A stretch of 64,000 bases of DNA from Cetorhinus maximus (lineage: Eukaryota): NCBI RefSeq assembly GCF_964194155.1, contig NC_135897.1, positions 10,850,001 through 10,914,000 of the forward strand, written 5' to 3'. The notes beneath the pieces were generated by a model that saw nothing but the letters and a program-made list of their open reading frames with translations, had not been told where the DNA came from and ran no database searches. Positions within the stretch are counted from its first letter, which is position 1. Each line of letters starts with the position of its first letter. A program made the position numbers and the translations under genes. Of the stretch, positions 37,316 through 49,990 are shown in pieces.

Positions 37316-37639
37316 GGCTGCCAAAGATCTACTCCCACCTCTTGCCAGGGCTGTTGCCTCCATCCCGGGTGTCTGAAATGCCCCTGTCGTGTGAACCCAA
37401 AGTCCAACAGTGCCTGTGCAATAAAGTTCAGAGCCACTCACATCCAGCATTACACACTGGTGTACCCTGCACCAAAAATAAAATGTGAAGCATACTCAGG
37501 CCATCACAACAAAAGCAAATTTAATGTTATTGGTCACATTCAAATCACATTGACATGACCATTAGTGGTGTTCATTTCCACACCAGTAAACATATAAACC
37601 AAACATAACTGAACAGAAGATCACCCGTGAACAGTCCCG

Positions 37640-39470
37640 CTTGTGGTGCCTTAAACTTACACTTGCGAGTGCTACATCTTGGTGCCCACCCCTCTCCAAC
37701 TCGCTGGCTGTGGCATTGGAGACAGCCACTGCTGTCTTGTTGGCCTTGAAGACCTTGGTGGTCGTCATCTGACCAGTGGAGTCTGTGCTGGCCCTGCCTC
37801 GGAGGGAGCGGCCAGTGTCATGGCTGGCATCTCCCCAGTCATCGCAGCCTCCATCAGATGCCAAAAGTCACTGGCAGAGGAGCTGCTGCCCTCATCCAGA
37901 GTGCCCTGAGAGGAGCCCGCAGAGATGACAAGCAGCTTATATGCCAACATGAGGTCACTCTGGGCCTCCCTGCTCACCATTGATGGACGGGCACCTAGCT
38001 GGGGTACTGGGTATCTCATCCATCTCCCACACGGAAACTGACCACTTGAGGTCATTGCCTGTGTGCAGCTTGCAGGTCTGAGCGCAACCCCAGGAATCCC
38101 TGATTCTGTCCCTTGAGCTGCCTCTTCACGAGAGTCGCCACTCTTTCAATGGAGGAGGCAGTGTGTTCGACCATGAGGGTCAGTGCAGTGCTTATGCTCT
38201 ACATGGACTGCTCCACAATGGAGGCCATGGCACGCATACCCCCTTGGATCTCCATCAGATCTTCCCACACATCTCGCTGGACATCCAGCATCTGCCACCT
38301 AATGGATGACTCCAAATGCTCATCATCAGACTTCGACCCAGCATAGTCCTGGTCTCCAGCCGTCCTCTGACTGCCAGCGCCCTGGGCAATCTCTGCCTCT
38401 GCCTGCACCTCAAGTGAGTGTGAAGTGCCCTCACCAATGTGCACTAGCAATGTAGCCGATGATCTAATGCCCACTGAGGTGTGGTATCTGTGCTGGTGCC
38501 TGGTTCAGAGAGCGGGTGTGACGCAGGTGACAGTGATGTCTGGCGGTCCGATGGCATCAGGGGACCCACCCCTGGGTCCTGAGAGCGAGTGCGTGCTGGC
38601 AAATCTAAGGGAGAACAAGGACATGTCATTAGTTAAGGTCATCACCCTGTCACTGTGCATGCCAGGCACCCTGGTGAGACAATGGAGATCTGCATCATGG
38701 TGCCCTTGTCTTCCAACGATCGATGGGGATTCCAGGTTTGAGGCTCCCATCAATGAAGAGACTGCACTAGAGTGGTTGCACAAACTCTCACCTGTGTGCA
38801 CTTACCTTCGTCTGGCACCCCCGCCTCTCCATGCCCAGTTACACGGGGAGCGTACCAGCTCTCCAGCTTAAGGGTGTCCTGCTTGAACCTGGTGAGCAGC
38901 AGCAGGCTGGGCAGGCCTCAACCTGTCCGCGACCTCTCCAATTGGTTGTGGCTTGTCTTCTCCTGAAAGGGCAGAGGAGCATTGATTAGTCCACTCTCTA
39001 CCTGCAGCGCTATTGCAGCCTGGCCAACCCCAGCTGAGGAACACCTCACAGGGCACATCCCAGTCGTGGCCCTCGAGGCGCAAGGCACTCAGTCCAAGCA
39101 GCCAGGACTCACCCCCTTGGCCAGCTCCGGCGTCATTGACAGTTGGCACTCAGGCTCTAGCACCCTGAGCTCCACGGGGACGTGGCCACACTGTAACACT
39201 TCTGCACACTGACCCACGCCAACACGGTACTCACCCTTCCTGAGCGCAGCAGGTCATTGAACCTCTTGTGGCACTGCAGCTATGTGCACTGCACAGCCAT
39301 GGCTGCTGACCTGGGCTGCCACCTCCTCCCAGGCTTTCTGCGTCAGGTTTGGCAGCCTCCTCCTCCTGTCCCTTCATGCGAGGGTGTGCCTCCTGGCAAC
39401 CACCTCCTCCAGGAAGACTGTGAGGCACTTGTCCGAAAAGCGGGGGGGCCAAGTGCCCACCTGACCTCCC
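37640..39470 (-). pseudogene. Harbinger Myb/SANT-like DNA-binding protein gene (about 3 exons), disrupted
   Basis: Minus strand RFSDKCLTVFLEEVVARRHTL...KAWEEVAAQV...QCHKRFNDLLRSGR|GTGAGT (donor about 39234); exon 2 about 38806-38963 EKTSHNQLERSRTG; exon 3 acceptor about 38604. Confidence 0.8.
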
Positions 39471-40094
39471 CTCCCGCCTGGCGTCTCCAGCCGCTGCCCA
39501 GGCCCTAAGCACCGTCTCTGCAACACAGACTGTATGCTTCTCCGCCGCCTGTGGCATTTTTAAACCGGCCGCTAGGTCGGCATTGGACCCAGCGCTTGAC
39601 AGGCCCCCACCCAGCCTTTTCCAACCATTGGGAAGCCGGGCTTCATGCTGGGCGGGTCTTAATTGGCCAGTCAGCGTGAAATCGCAGTGGTGGGCCGATT
39701 GCAGTTGGAGGCCTCTCCCAGGTCCCGCCCGCCGAGCTGAAAGTTCAGCCCAGTCAGTGCCAAGAGACTGGAATCCACACAGACTGCGAGGTTTTCCAAC
39801 CCGCATCCTCTGGCCTGCCTGTTGACTCAAGCAGTTCAGCACCACAGGGTTTGACTTTCAGTTCCTTGAAGCAAAGTGGTTTCAAATTCAGAAACAACGA
39901 CTTTCACACAAAGGGAATGGCCAGCACCTGTTGTTAGACTCGGTTATAGATTGACAGAAATGCCCAAGAGTGCACACGCTGTAAACATTTATCAAGTTCA
40001 TTTACATTATGTAGCGCTGCTTGTGTATTTGGAGCTACGAAATGAGAATAGATTGTATTTTACAACTAAAACAAATGTTGCCAGATCATGCTCT

Positions 40095-41200
40095 AACGCA
40101 CACACTCACACATGCACACACGCACATGCACAATCGCACATGCACACACGCACACATACGCACATGTGTGCGCGTATGCACANNNNNNNNNNNNNNNNNN
40201 NNNNNNNNNNNNNNNNNNNNNNNNNNNNNNNNNNNNNNNNNNNNNNNNNNNNNNNNNNNNNNNNNNNNNNNNNNNNNNNNNNNNNNNNNNNNNNNNNNNN
40301 NNNNNNNNNNNNNNNNNNNNNNNNNNNNNNNNNNNACACACGCACATGCACACACAAATACGCACATGCATGCGCGCACTCACACTTGCACGCACATGCC
40401 GATGCGCACACATGCATATACGTAACACACATGCANNNNNNNNNNNNNNNNNNNNNNNNNNNNNNNNNNNNNNNNNNNNNNNNNNNNNNNNNNNNNNNNN
40501 NNNNNNNNNNNNNNNNNNNNNNNNNNNNNNNNNNNNNNNNNNNNNNNNNNNNNNNNNNNNNNNNNNNNNNNNNNNNNNNNNNNNNNNNNNNNNNNNNNNN
40601 NNNACACACGCAAATATGCACGTGTGTGCGCACTCACACTTGCACGCACATGCCGATGCACATACATGGATACACGTAATGCACATGCACACACACACAT
40701 GCAAAAAACACATGCACAAATACGCACACACCCACGCACATGCATGCTCACATGCCCACATGCACACACACAATGCACATGCACACAAGCACATGCACAA
40801 TCACACACATACGCACATGCATGTGCACACGCACATTTGCACACACATGCAGATGCACACACACATAATGCACATGCACACACACACATGTGCACACACA
40901 CATGCACATACACCCATGCACATGCATGCACACATGCACATACATGCAGATGCACATACATGCACACACACAACGCGCACACACACACACACATGCAGAT
41001 GCACACACACAAATATGCACACATGCACACACACACACACATACATGCACATGCATACACAGACACATACACTAACTTCCTTTCTCTGCATGGACTCCAC
41101 ATGCACAGGCACACACACCCTTACTCCCTTATAGATACACATTTCACACACACAGCCATGCATACATGACCTCTCACACTGCACACAAAGATGGACATAC
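40095..41200. repeat. (CA)-rich compound microsatellite with two N-gaps (40183-40335, 40436-40603)
   Basis: CACA/CATG/CACG low-complexity sequence; N runs. Confidence 0.95.
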
Positions 41201-42134
41201 ACAAATACACTTCTGATCCTGTTATTCACTGACTCTACTGTCTCTAACAATCCCTTTCTGTTTCACATATTCCTAGCTATTTCCATTTAAACAAGGCAAA
41301 GCTGTTGAGAGCCTTCATAGAAACAGTGATAAACTCTTTTAACCAGGCTCCTCAGTTTATCAAGCTAGTTTATAAAAAAATCTTTGAGATTCATAAAGAA
41401 AGATACCAGTTAAAGGATAAAAGAATAAAACTACCATAAAGAGAATCTTCCTTATACACAATTCTTCAGAAATAAATTATTGCTGGGTGCCGTATCAGTG
41501 AGATATTCTGAGGGAATGTGATGTGCACTGAATCATTTCAAAAATAAATGGAATTTTGCAAAACTGTAAATAGTACAAAGCACTTTTGCCAGCTGGTCCT
41601 AGAAAAACACTTCTAGCAAATGGTCTGTGTAGAATTCTATACACAGATGAAGAATTCTGTAAATAATGGCAGTTCATCAAAAACTTCATATAAGCTGAGC
41701 AAAGAAACTGGAACTGGCTGAGAGGGTGGGAGGGTGAAGGAGCAAGTGAGCAGAGCAGAGAATGGAGAACGGAAGCAGGGATCGGAGAAGAGACCAGGGA
41801 ATGGAAACTGGGAGCAGGGAATGGAGAGACGGGAACAGGGAATAGGGAGCGGAGAATGGGGAACATGGAGTGGGGAATGGGGAATAAAGAGCTGGAAACC
41901 GGGAGCAGAGACTTGAGCAAAAAAGAACTTTAAGATTGGAAGCTGGCTCTTATTATTTTCGAAAAGGATAAAAGCATTTGGGAAATAAGAACTAGCCAGA
42001 GGGCAGGTGGGAGGGATCAGATCACTGTAGGTTGGATGATTAATCCCTGTCATTTGGGGTTGATTCATGCCCATTGTCTGAAGAGAGATTACTTCTAATG
42101 CCTGTGGTAGACTAATCTATGCAGACTGTCGGAG

Positions 42135-42635
42135 AGAATCGCAGAATTGTTACAGCACAGAAGGAGGCCATTTGGCCCATCATGTCTACACTGGCTCTCC
42201 AAATGAGCAACTCACCCAGTTCTATTCTCCCGCCTTCTCCCTGTAACCCTGCACATTCTTCCATTTCAGTTAACGATCTAATTCCCTTCCGAATGCTTCA
42301 ATTGAACCTGCCGCCACTATACTCTCATGCAAAGCATTCCAAACCCTAACCCTAACCCTAATTTTTTCCTCATGTTGCTTTTGCTTCTTTTATCAATTAC
42401 TTTAAATCTGTGCCTTCTCATTCATGATCCTTTCACGAGTGGGAACAAGTGTCCGAACCCCTCATGATTTTGAAAACCTCTATCAAATCTCCTCTAAACT
42501 TTCTTTTCTCTAAGGAAAACAGTCCTATCTTTTCCAACCAATCTTCATAACTGAAGTTGCTCATCCCTGGAACCATCCTCGTGAATCTTTTCTGCACCCT
42601 CTCTAATGCCTTCACACTTCCTAAAGTGCGGTGTA
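42135..42635 (-). mobile_element. CR1 3' fragment
   Basis: ORF 42433-42684 VKALERVQKRFTRMVPGM...LFSLEKRKFRGDLIEVFKIM. Confidence 0.88.
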
Positions 42636-43148
42636 AAAAATTTTTTAAAAATGAAGAGAGGAGTACATACCAATCATAGCACATTGATCTCTAAGGTATG
42701 GGCTGAATTCAGTAGATTAATGCCAATGGATTTCAGGCAGGTTGATCTCTGTACATGGATTCCTACCAATCGATGGTACAGAGACCCTTCACATTGTGGG
42801 TGAATTGAGCTCAACAGGTTACATGTAGATTGATATTTGCAGATCTAGTGCAGCCCAATCCTTAACAGACTGGAACTAGAGGAATGGATCAGAGATTGAT
42901 GGATCTGCAAAGATTTAAAGTTGATTGATTGTTATAGATTGGGGGTAAGTCGCTCCATACATTTTGGAAATATTAAGGACAGACTGAGCTCCGCTAATTG
43001 AATAGGAGTAGATTGCACCCTGGGGCTTGGAGTTTTCTCTCACTTTATTAAGGGGTTTGGAAGAATTTCTGCAGACTGGGTTTTCGATGAATCCTTGCAG
43101 ATTGGAAGCAGATGGGTTCCGATAAATTAGGTGTCCATCTCCTCAGAT

Positions 43149-43349
43149 CCAGCTCCACCTGTCCCACCCCCCCTTAAACAGCTTATATTTCACCACATTT
43201 CTATTTCTCTTTAGTTATGTTGAAGAGTCGTATGGACTCGAAACGTTAACCCTGTCTTCCTCTCCGCAGATGCTGTCAGACCTGCTGAGTTTTTCCAGCA
43301 ATTTTTGTTTTTGTTTCAGATTTCCAGCATCCGCAGTATTTTGCTTTTA
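43149..43349 (+). mobile_element. Penelope-like terminal fragment with 9-bp TSD
   Basis: GAAGAGTCGTATGGACTCGAAACGTTAAC...CAGCATCCGCAGTATTTTGC; flanked by TCCTCAGAT at 43140-43148 and 43350-43358. Confidence 0.8.
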
Positions 43350-44204
43350 TCCTCAGATTAAGGGTTTGGAATGGCCCTGCTATTGAAGTAGGGTGAATCC
43401 AGGTAGATTGGAGGTGGATTGGCCTCTGAGCATTGGAATTAAATTGACTTTCAAAAATTGGGAGTGCAAATTAGGAAATTGAACCAGACCCAGGCTGACT
43501 GTGAGTCATGGAGTCCTGCACATTGGGTGGGTAAATTATACATGCTGATATAAGGATGTAGGATGATTTTTTTTCACCAAAGGAAATAGGAATTGTTTTA
43601 AAAGGGTGGGACATGACTTCATTCATCCCCCTTTAGATTTCATACAGGAAAATGTATGGGAAAGGATAAGGTCTGATCTTAAACTAAGTCTCAGCACAAA
43701 GTCCAGGCATATGAACTATTTTTAAAAATTATATGCCTTTGTCTAAGATATCAGGTCGTGTGTTACTACACAATCAGCTTTCCCTGAATATTAACTGATA
43801 TCAGCTTCTGCTCAGTAATAATGACAGAGCGGTGATGTCAAGTGTTGGCTGGAGATTATTGACTGAAGAGAATGTGTGCAGTCGTGTGTGGCACCATGCA
43901 TTAATGTCCTGGAGTTTGTGTGTTTACATTCAGGAATTTAGTAGTGTGTGTGTCTCTCCATAAATGATGAAGTTTGGAGAATTTGTTTTATTCAGAGGGT
44001 TATTACATCATGGAAACACTGAGGGGCGCAGAATCCATAATAACATTTTAAAGGATATGGATAAAAATGTGGATAAGTAAAGGAAATGGAGAAAAGGGCA
44101 TGAGGATGGACCTATCTTTCAGTGAATTATCCAGAGACACAAACAGCCTTGTATACTGGACACTGATTGGAAAAAAAAATTTGCGGCTTTGCACACTGAC
44201 CACG

Positions 44205-44589
44205 CATGTGTGTGTGGGTGGGTGGGTGTGCACGTGTGAGTGCATGTGTGTATGTGGGTGTGTGTATGTTTGTGTGTGCGTCTATATTGGCATGTTTATG
44301 TGTGTGCATGCNNNNNNNNNNNNNNNNNNNNNNNNNNNNNNNNNNNNNNNNNNNNNNNNNNNNNNNNNNNNNNNNNNNNNNNNNNNNNNNNNNNNNNNNN
44401 NNNNNNNNNNNNNNNNNNNNNNNNNNNNNNNNNNNNNNNNNNNNNNNNNNNNNNNNNNNNNNNNNNNNNNNNNNNNNNNNNNNNNNNNNNNNNNNNNNNN
44501 NNNNNNNNNNNNNNNNNNNNNNNNNNNNNNNNNNNNNNNNNNNNNNNNNNNNNNNNNNNNNNNNNNNNNNNNNNNNNNNNNNNNNNNNN
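44205..44589. repeat. (TG)-rich microsatellite followed by N-gap 44312-44589
   Basis: Direct inspection. Confidence 0.9.
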
Positions 44590-46999
44590 GGGGGGGGTGG
44601 AATTTTCCGTGTCCGCTGGCGTCGGGCGTGTTCGGTGGTGTGAGCAGACAAGGTGGCGAAGGCCAAAATTCGGTTTCACAACGTCGTGAAACCAGTTTGC
44701 AATCTTCCGCTCTGCCCGTCAACAGCGGGCCACATTTCCCACTGTCGGACATCGGAGCCTCATTGTAATACATCTGCATATCATTATAAGGCCAGCTCAC
44801 TGGACTCACACCCCCACGCTGGATCACCCACCCATGTCGATGGGAAAACACGCTAGTGCAGAACATGTCTTGACAAGTGTGAGGTGCAGAAGTTAGGACT
44901 TACTGTCATGGCCTTTCTCACATCACGGACACTCAAGGAGCAGAGATACTGGAGGCGGACAGCAACGGGACCCTGGCGGAACACGCATGGAATGCTGGGT
45001 GAATTCTCATGGACTTGGCTCCACCGCAAAGCAGCTCACGCAAGTTGGAAAGTCACCATTGAGGGTCTGCTCACAACGGATAATCATCGAAGGGGTGGAC
45101 AGGAAGGACCAGCTGTGTTTGGGAGAGGCAGATGTAGGAGAGGAAGGTCCAGGATTGACTGGGAGAGGGAAGAGGCGTTGGGGGAGGTGGGGGTCGGTGG
45201 CTGAGGTTGGAAGGAGGGGAATGAAGGTGCTGGTTGGGGGATGATGTTGGGAGGGAACAAAAGTGTCATTGGAGGGGTGAGGTTGGGAAGGGGGAGTGAT
45301 TATGGGGGGGGGAGGGGGTAACAAGGGAGAATACGGCAACTGGGGAGGGATGTGTAAAGGGGGGGAAATGAGTTTGAAGTCTGGGGGAGGAGTCCAGAGA
45401 GAGGAAGGAGTCCAGGGAAAGAAGGAGTCCTGGGGGAGGAAGGAGTGCGGAGAGGGAAGGAGTCCAGAGGGGAGGAAGGAGGGTGGAGAGGGAAGGAGTA
45501 AGGGTGGAGGAAGAAATAGGGGTGGAGGAAGGAGTTGGGAAGAGGGAGAAGTAAGGCTGGAGGAAGGAGTAAGGGTGTCTGGTGAGCACACTGAGGATGA
45601 GCATGGTAGGGGAGAATGGTGAGAATGGCTGAGGGCAGAGTGAGGCAGTAGGATGGGAGGGTGAAGGTACATCGTAGTGGTAGAAGAGATGGTGAGGGTG
45701 GTTGGCGGAGCTCGGAGGCAGACACGGACCCTGGGGGTGGGAAGGAGGAGGTCGGGGAGGTGAATGTGGAGGGGGGTGGGATTCTTGGGAAGGCAGGGAA
45801 TGTGCAAGTTCACCTGGACATCCCCGAAAAAAAAGGGTTGTGACTGGTAGGTGGCAATGGGGAGGTGGAAGGTGATGCTGGGGGGGGGGTCTACAGTGAT
45901 GGGGAAGGCTAAATGGGTGACTGGAGGAGGGGAATGGATGGGGAGTACAGGAAAAAATGTAGCAGGATGATGCTTGTCAAATCGATAGTGAAATGAGAGT
46001 CGTGGTGGATAAGATCAGGTGCTGCATGGGAGTGAGGTCAGTGGGTGGGCGGAGCCTTGTGTGGGCGGGATCAGGTGCTGCATGGGAGTGAGATCAGTGG
46101 GTGGGCGGAGCCTCGTGTGGGCGGGATCAGGTGCTGCATGGGAGTGTGGTCAGTGGGTGGGCGGAGCCTCGTGGTGGGCGGGATCAGGTGCTGCGAGGGA
46201 GTGAGGTCAGTGGGTGGGCGGAGCCTCGTGGTGGGCGGGATCAGGTGCTGCATGGGAGTGAGGTCAGTGGGTGGGCGGAGATACAGGGTCAGCTCGGATG
46301 GACACGGAAAGAGAGCCCCAGCCGGCAGTATTGAGAATGCTCAGGACAGTGAGGGGTGAGTGGGATGGAGGAAGGATCCGTGTGTGTGGGAGAGGCTGGC
46401 ACGAGGCTCCGAAAGGCCCAGCCACACACACACTCCTCCCCCCAGAATCACTTGTAGGCTGGCTGTGTGCAGCTGAAATGCTAGCGTGGGGAGGGGTGAG
46501 TGGGTGCTCGGGGAGGACTTGCAAAGCCTGTCAATTAAGCTGAAAGGCAACATTACACATTATTCAGTGAAAGTGAATATATTTCCAAATTGTAAAGTGA
46601 CAAAATGTGTTCACCCATGTGACCAACTGTGATCAGAATTTCTTAACTTTTGAACGCTTTAGACTTCTAGGTGCTGCCCTGACATCCGCGCAGGGGTGGA
46701 GAAAGCCTGTGCAATTGTTGGCCCTGTTGCCTCTGATGCCTTCGGCGTGGGTCCTCTGGACAGCTGAGGCCTTGGGGGCCCGGCTTGCTTTGGCTGTTCT
46801 CCTGTCGGCGAACTGCTCCCTCTGTGGTGACAGAGGACATGGTTGAGGGGTTCACAGGCAAAAGAGACTCGGAGGGAGAGGGCAGCCTCTGAGATTCCTG
46901 AGTGGGTGAATGAGAGCCCGCCCACCATCGAAACGCCTTGTTTCCCCGGAATGCACAATTAATGAGGCAGGATTGGGACGATACAGCGCGAAAGCCCAC
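44590..46999. mobile_element. Non-autonomous Harbinger-derived element, right end lost in gap 47000-47229
   Basis: Starts GGGGTGGAATTTTCC (TIR-like); reverse complement of 46640-46800 is similar to the Myb-gene 3' end at 62200-62370; G-rich interior. Confidence 0.65.
46012..46280. repeat. 56-57-bp G-rich tandem repeat (about 4.7 units)
   Basis: ATCAGGTGCTG recurs at 46014, 46070, 46126, 46183 and 46240. Confidence 0.95.
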
Positions 47000-47555
47000 N
47001 NNNNNNNNNNNNNNNNNNNNNNNNNNNNNNNNNNNNNNNNNNNNNNNNNNNNNNNNNNNNNNNNNNNNNNNNNNNNNNNNNNNNNNNNNNNNNNNNNNNN
47101 NNNNNNNNNNNNNNNNNNNNNNNNNNNNNNNNNNNNNNNNNNNNNNNNNNNNNNNNNNNNNNNNNNNNNNNNNNNNNNNNNNNNNNNNNNNNNNNNNNNN
47201 NNNNNNNNNNNNNNNNNNNNNNNNNNNNNTGTTTACATAAAAGTTCAGTAATTACCATTGGGGATATTCATGGATGAAATCTTACAGCCGTTCCATTACA
47301 TTCCTTTGGTAATTAATTTGACAAAAGGAATGCTGCACAAATACATGAAGTGCTCGTTCACTAATATATTTCAGGCAAAGAGGGTTGAATGTATGCTTAT
47401 ATTTAAATCTTGCGTTATACATTTATAGAGATTAGGTGTGTCTGTGCACAGACATGCATTAGTGTTTAGTTGTTAACTTGGTGTGCGTGAAACACAGGAA
47501 TACATGTTTTGTCTTTCGAATAGTTCAACAGCCTGATATATTCTTTTGCCCACAG

Positions 47556-47705
47556 GCATCTCTGCAGACCCTGTCACAACCGAGAGAAGGCAAAGCGCCT
47601 TGGCCAGTATATCTGTCAGAAATGCCACCTCATCATTGATGAGCTGCCACTAATGTACAAGAGTGATGCTTATCACGCTGATCATTTCAACTGTACCCAC
47701 TGTGG
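47556..47705 (+). CDS. LIMS2: LIMS2 (PINCH2) coding exon, end of LIM2 and start of LIM3, 150 bp
   Basis: TTCTTTTGCCCACAG| ... |GTGAGT; (R)[49 protein letters not shown](G); SDAYH and NCTHCG fit LIMS2 rather than LIMS1. Confidence 0.95.
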
Positions 47706-47799
47706 GTGAGTAGGAATAACAACTCAATTACTATGTAACAGTATCTATTGACTGTGGACCATTTAGAATACACACCAATTGTTACTCTTTATACACATT

Positions 47800-48305
47800 G
47801 TGGATCAGGTGCCGCCAGGCAATGACCAAATCCAACAAGAGAGAATCTAACCATCTTCCCTTGACATTCAATGACATTACCATCACTGAATCCCCCTCAA
47901 TCAACATCCTGGGAGTTACCATTGACCAGAAACTGAACTGGACCAGCCATATAAATACTGTGGCTACAAAAGCAGGTCAAAGGCTGGGAATTCTACAGTG
48001 AGTAACTCACCTCCTGACTCCCCAAAGCCCGTCCCCCCATCTCTCCACTTGCCTGGATGAGTGCAGCTCCAAGAAGCTCGACACCATCCAGGACAAAGCA
48101 GCCTGCTTGATCCACGTCCTATCCACCATCTTCAACCTTCAGTCCCTCCGCCACCAGCCCACAGTAGCAGCAGTGTGCACCATCTACAAGATGCACTGCA
48201 GCAATTCACCAAAGCTTCTTCAGCAACACCTTCCAAACCTGCAACCTCTACCATCTAGAAGGGCAAGGGCAGCAGATACAACAGAATACCACTGGCTGCA
48301 AATTC
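47800..48305 (+). mobile_element. Fragment of the tRNA-headed LINE family
   Basis: LTFNDITITESPSINILGVTIDQKLNWTSHINTVAT; matches 18975-19490. Confidence 0.9.
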
Positions 48306-48702
48306 CCCACTGTGGGTCAGATATGACCCCCCGTTAATTATTAATTACAATCAGTATCCACAATGATTAAGTTGATGAAATGGCCTGTTCCCTGTTTGTG
48401 CGGGACTGCACTGACTGTTTCCATGAATCCCGATTTTAAGTACAATTACCAATAGTGTCCATTTTCTGACTCAACTTTTGGTCTGCACTACCCAATCCCT
48501 TCAATTCCAAACTCTCCTGTGTGTTTTATTGTTGAGCTAGCAGTATTGAGTCACAAGTTGCTTAATTGGCCATGTGGCTTCCTTTTATGCCATAATTTCT
48601 GAATGGATGATATATATATATTATTTTTAAAATTATATATATATATATAAAAAGTTTGAAGCTGTTTGAGATGTCACTGAGCCTATGTCTGACAATTTTC
48701 AG

Positions 48703-48853
48703 GAAGGAGCTGACAGCTGAGGCTCGAGAGCTGAAAGGGGAACTCTACTGTCTCCCCTGCCATGACAAAATGGGCATCCCAATCTGCGGAGCGTGTCGTC
48801 GACCTATTGAAGGGCGAGTGGTGAATGCTTTGGGGAAACAGTGGCATGTTGAG
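48703..48853 (+). CDS. LIMS2: LIMS2 coding exon, LIM3 to LIM4, 151 bp
   Basis: AATTTTCAG| ... |GTGGGT; [50 protein letters not shown]; phase matches the previous exon. Confidence 0.97.
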
Positions 48854-48914
48854 GTGGGTACTCCATATCAAATAGTGTCAGTGAACTCCAGGAATGCACC
48901 TGAGCACAATTTAA

Positions 48915-49278
48915 GGGAGACAGTGGCATAGTGGCAATGTCACTGGGCTGGTAATCCAGAGACCCATCTGGGGACATGGGCTCAAATCCCACCATGACTG
49001 GTAGAAGTAGAATTCAGTTAATAAATCTAGACTCAAATACAAATCTAGTCTCAGTAATGGTGAGCATGATAATTATCATCAATTGATAGGAGGAAAATCC
49101 CATCTGGTTCACTAATGCCCTTTAGGGAGGGGAGTCTTCTGGCCTACATATGACTCCAGACCCTCCAGCAATGGACTCTTAACTGCCCTCTGAAATATAT
49201 GGCCTGGTGAGACACTCAGTTTAAGGGCAATTAGAGATGGGCAACAAATGCTGGCTGAATAAATAATGGAAAAAAAAA
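48915..49278 (+). mobile_element. tRNA-derived SINE (family A)
   Basis: A box TGGCATAGTGG, B-box-like GGGCTCAAATCC, tail AAGGGCAATTAGAGATGGGCAACAAATGCTGGC and A-rich end. Confidence 0.9.
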
Positions 49279-49309
49279 TTGTAAAAGGGAATCACCAGAG
49301 AATAGGCCT

Positions 49310-49990
49310 GGTGAGTGACTCCATCACTCTCCTTGATTGCTGCCTCAGGCTGAACCAGACTGTTCTATTTGTCTCTCAGATGAGTTTCTAACTGCATTTC
49401 TGCACCATTACTAAGACCACCTACTACCACCTCTGTAACATTAGTTGTCTCTGCTGCTGAAATGCTCATCCACACCTTTGTTTCTTCTAGTCTCAACTAT
49501 TGCACCGCACGCCTGGCTGCCCTCCCATTTCTCACCTTCCATAAGCTTGAGCTCATCCAAATCCCTGCTGCCTGCTATTCTCAGCTGTACCAAGTCCCAA
49601 TCACCCATCAGCCCTTTGCTCACTTACCTGTCCTGGCTCTCCATCCGGCAATGCCTCAATCTGAAAATTTATAGCTTTGTTTTCAAATCCCTCCAGGCTT
49701 TGCCTCTCGCTATCTCTATAATCCCCACCTGGCTTACAATCCTCTGATCCTGACCTCTTAAGCATCCCTGACTTTAACTGCTCCAACATTGGTAGCTGCC
49801 TAGGCCCTAGACTCTGGAATTCCCTCCCTAAACCTCTCTTAAAGCCTTTCTTAAAACCAACCTTTCCAACCAAACTTTTAGTCATTCGTCCAATCTCTGA
49901 TATGGGCTCGATTTAGTCTAATAACACTCCTGTGATGCCCCATGGGACATTTTACGATGTTGCAGGTACTATACAGATGTAAATTGTTGA
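49310..49990 (+). mobile_element. L2 LINE 3' fragment
   Basis: LIHTFVSSSLNYC...LELIQIPAA; 3' tail resembling the family B SINE tail. Confidence 0.75.

Larger units (their letters stand above)
35482..39751 (+). mobile_element. PIF/Harbinger DNA transposon, full length (4270 bp), decayed
   Basis: TIRs GGGCTGAATTTT / AAAGTTCAGCCC, 3-bp TSD AGT (35479-35481 and 39752-39754); convergent transposase and Myb/SANT genes. Confidence 0.93.

Noticed and set aside
39876-41250. His/Thr- and Cys/Val-rich ORFs; near-duplicate blocks beside the gaps
   Set aside because: CA-microsatellite translations spanning N runs; the duplication may be an assembly artefact.
48608-48652. (AT)n inverted arrangement upstream of a LIMS2 acceptor
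   Set aside because: A simple AT microsatellite is trivially self-complementary; no evidence of function.
48915-48995. tRNA gene
   Set aside because: The A/B boxes belong to a SINE head; no complete cloverleaf or terminator.
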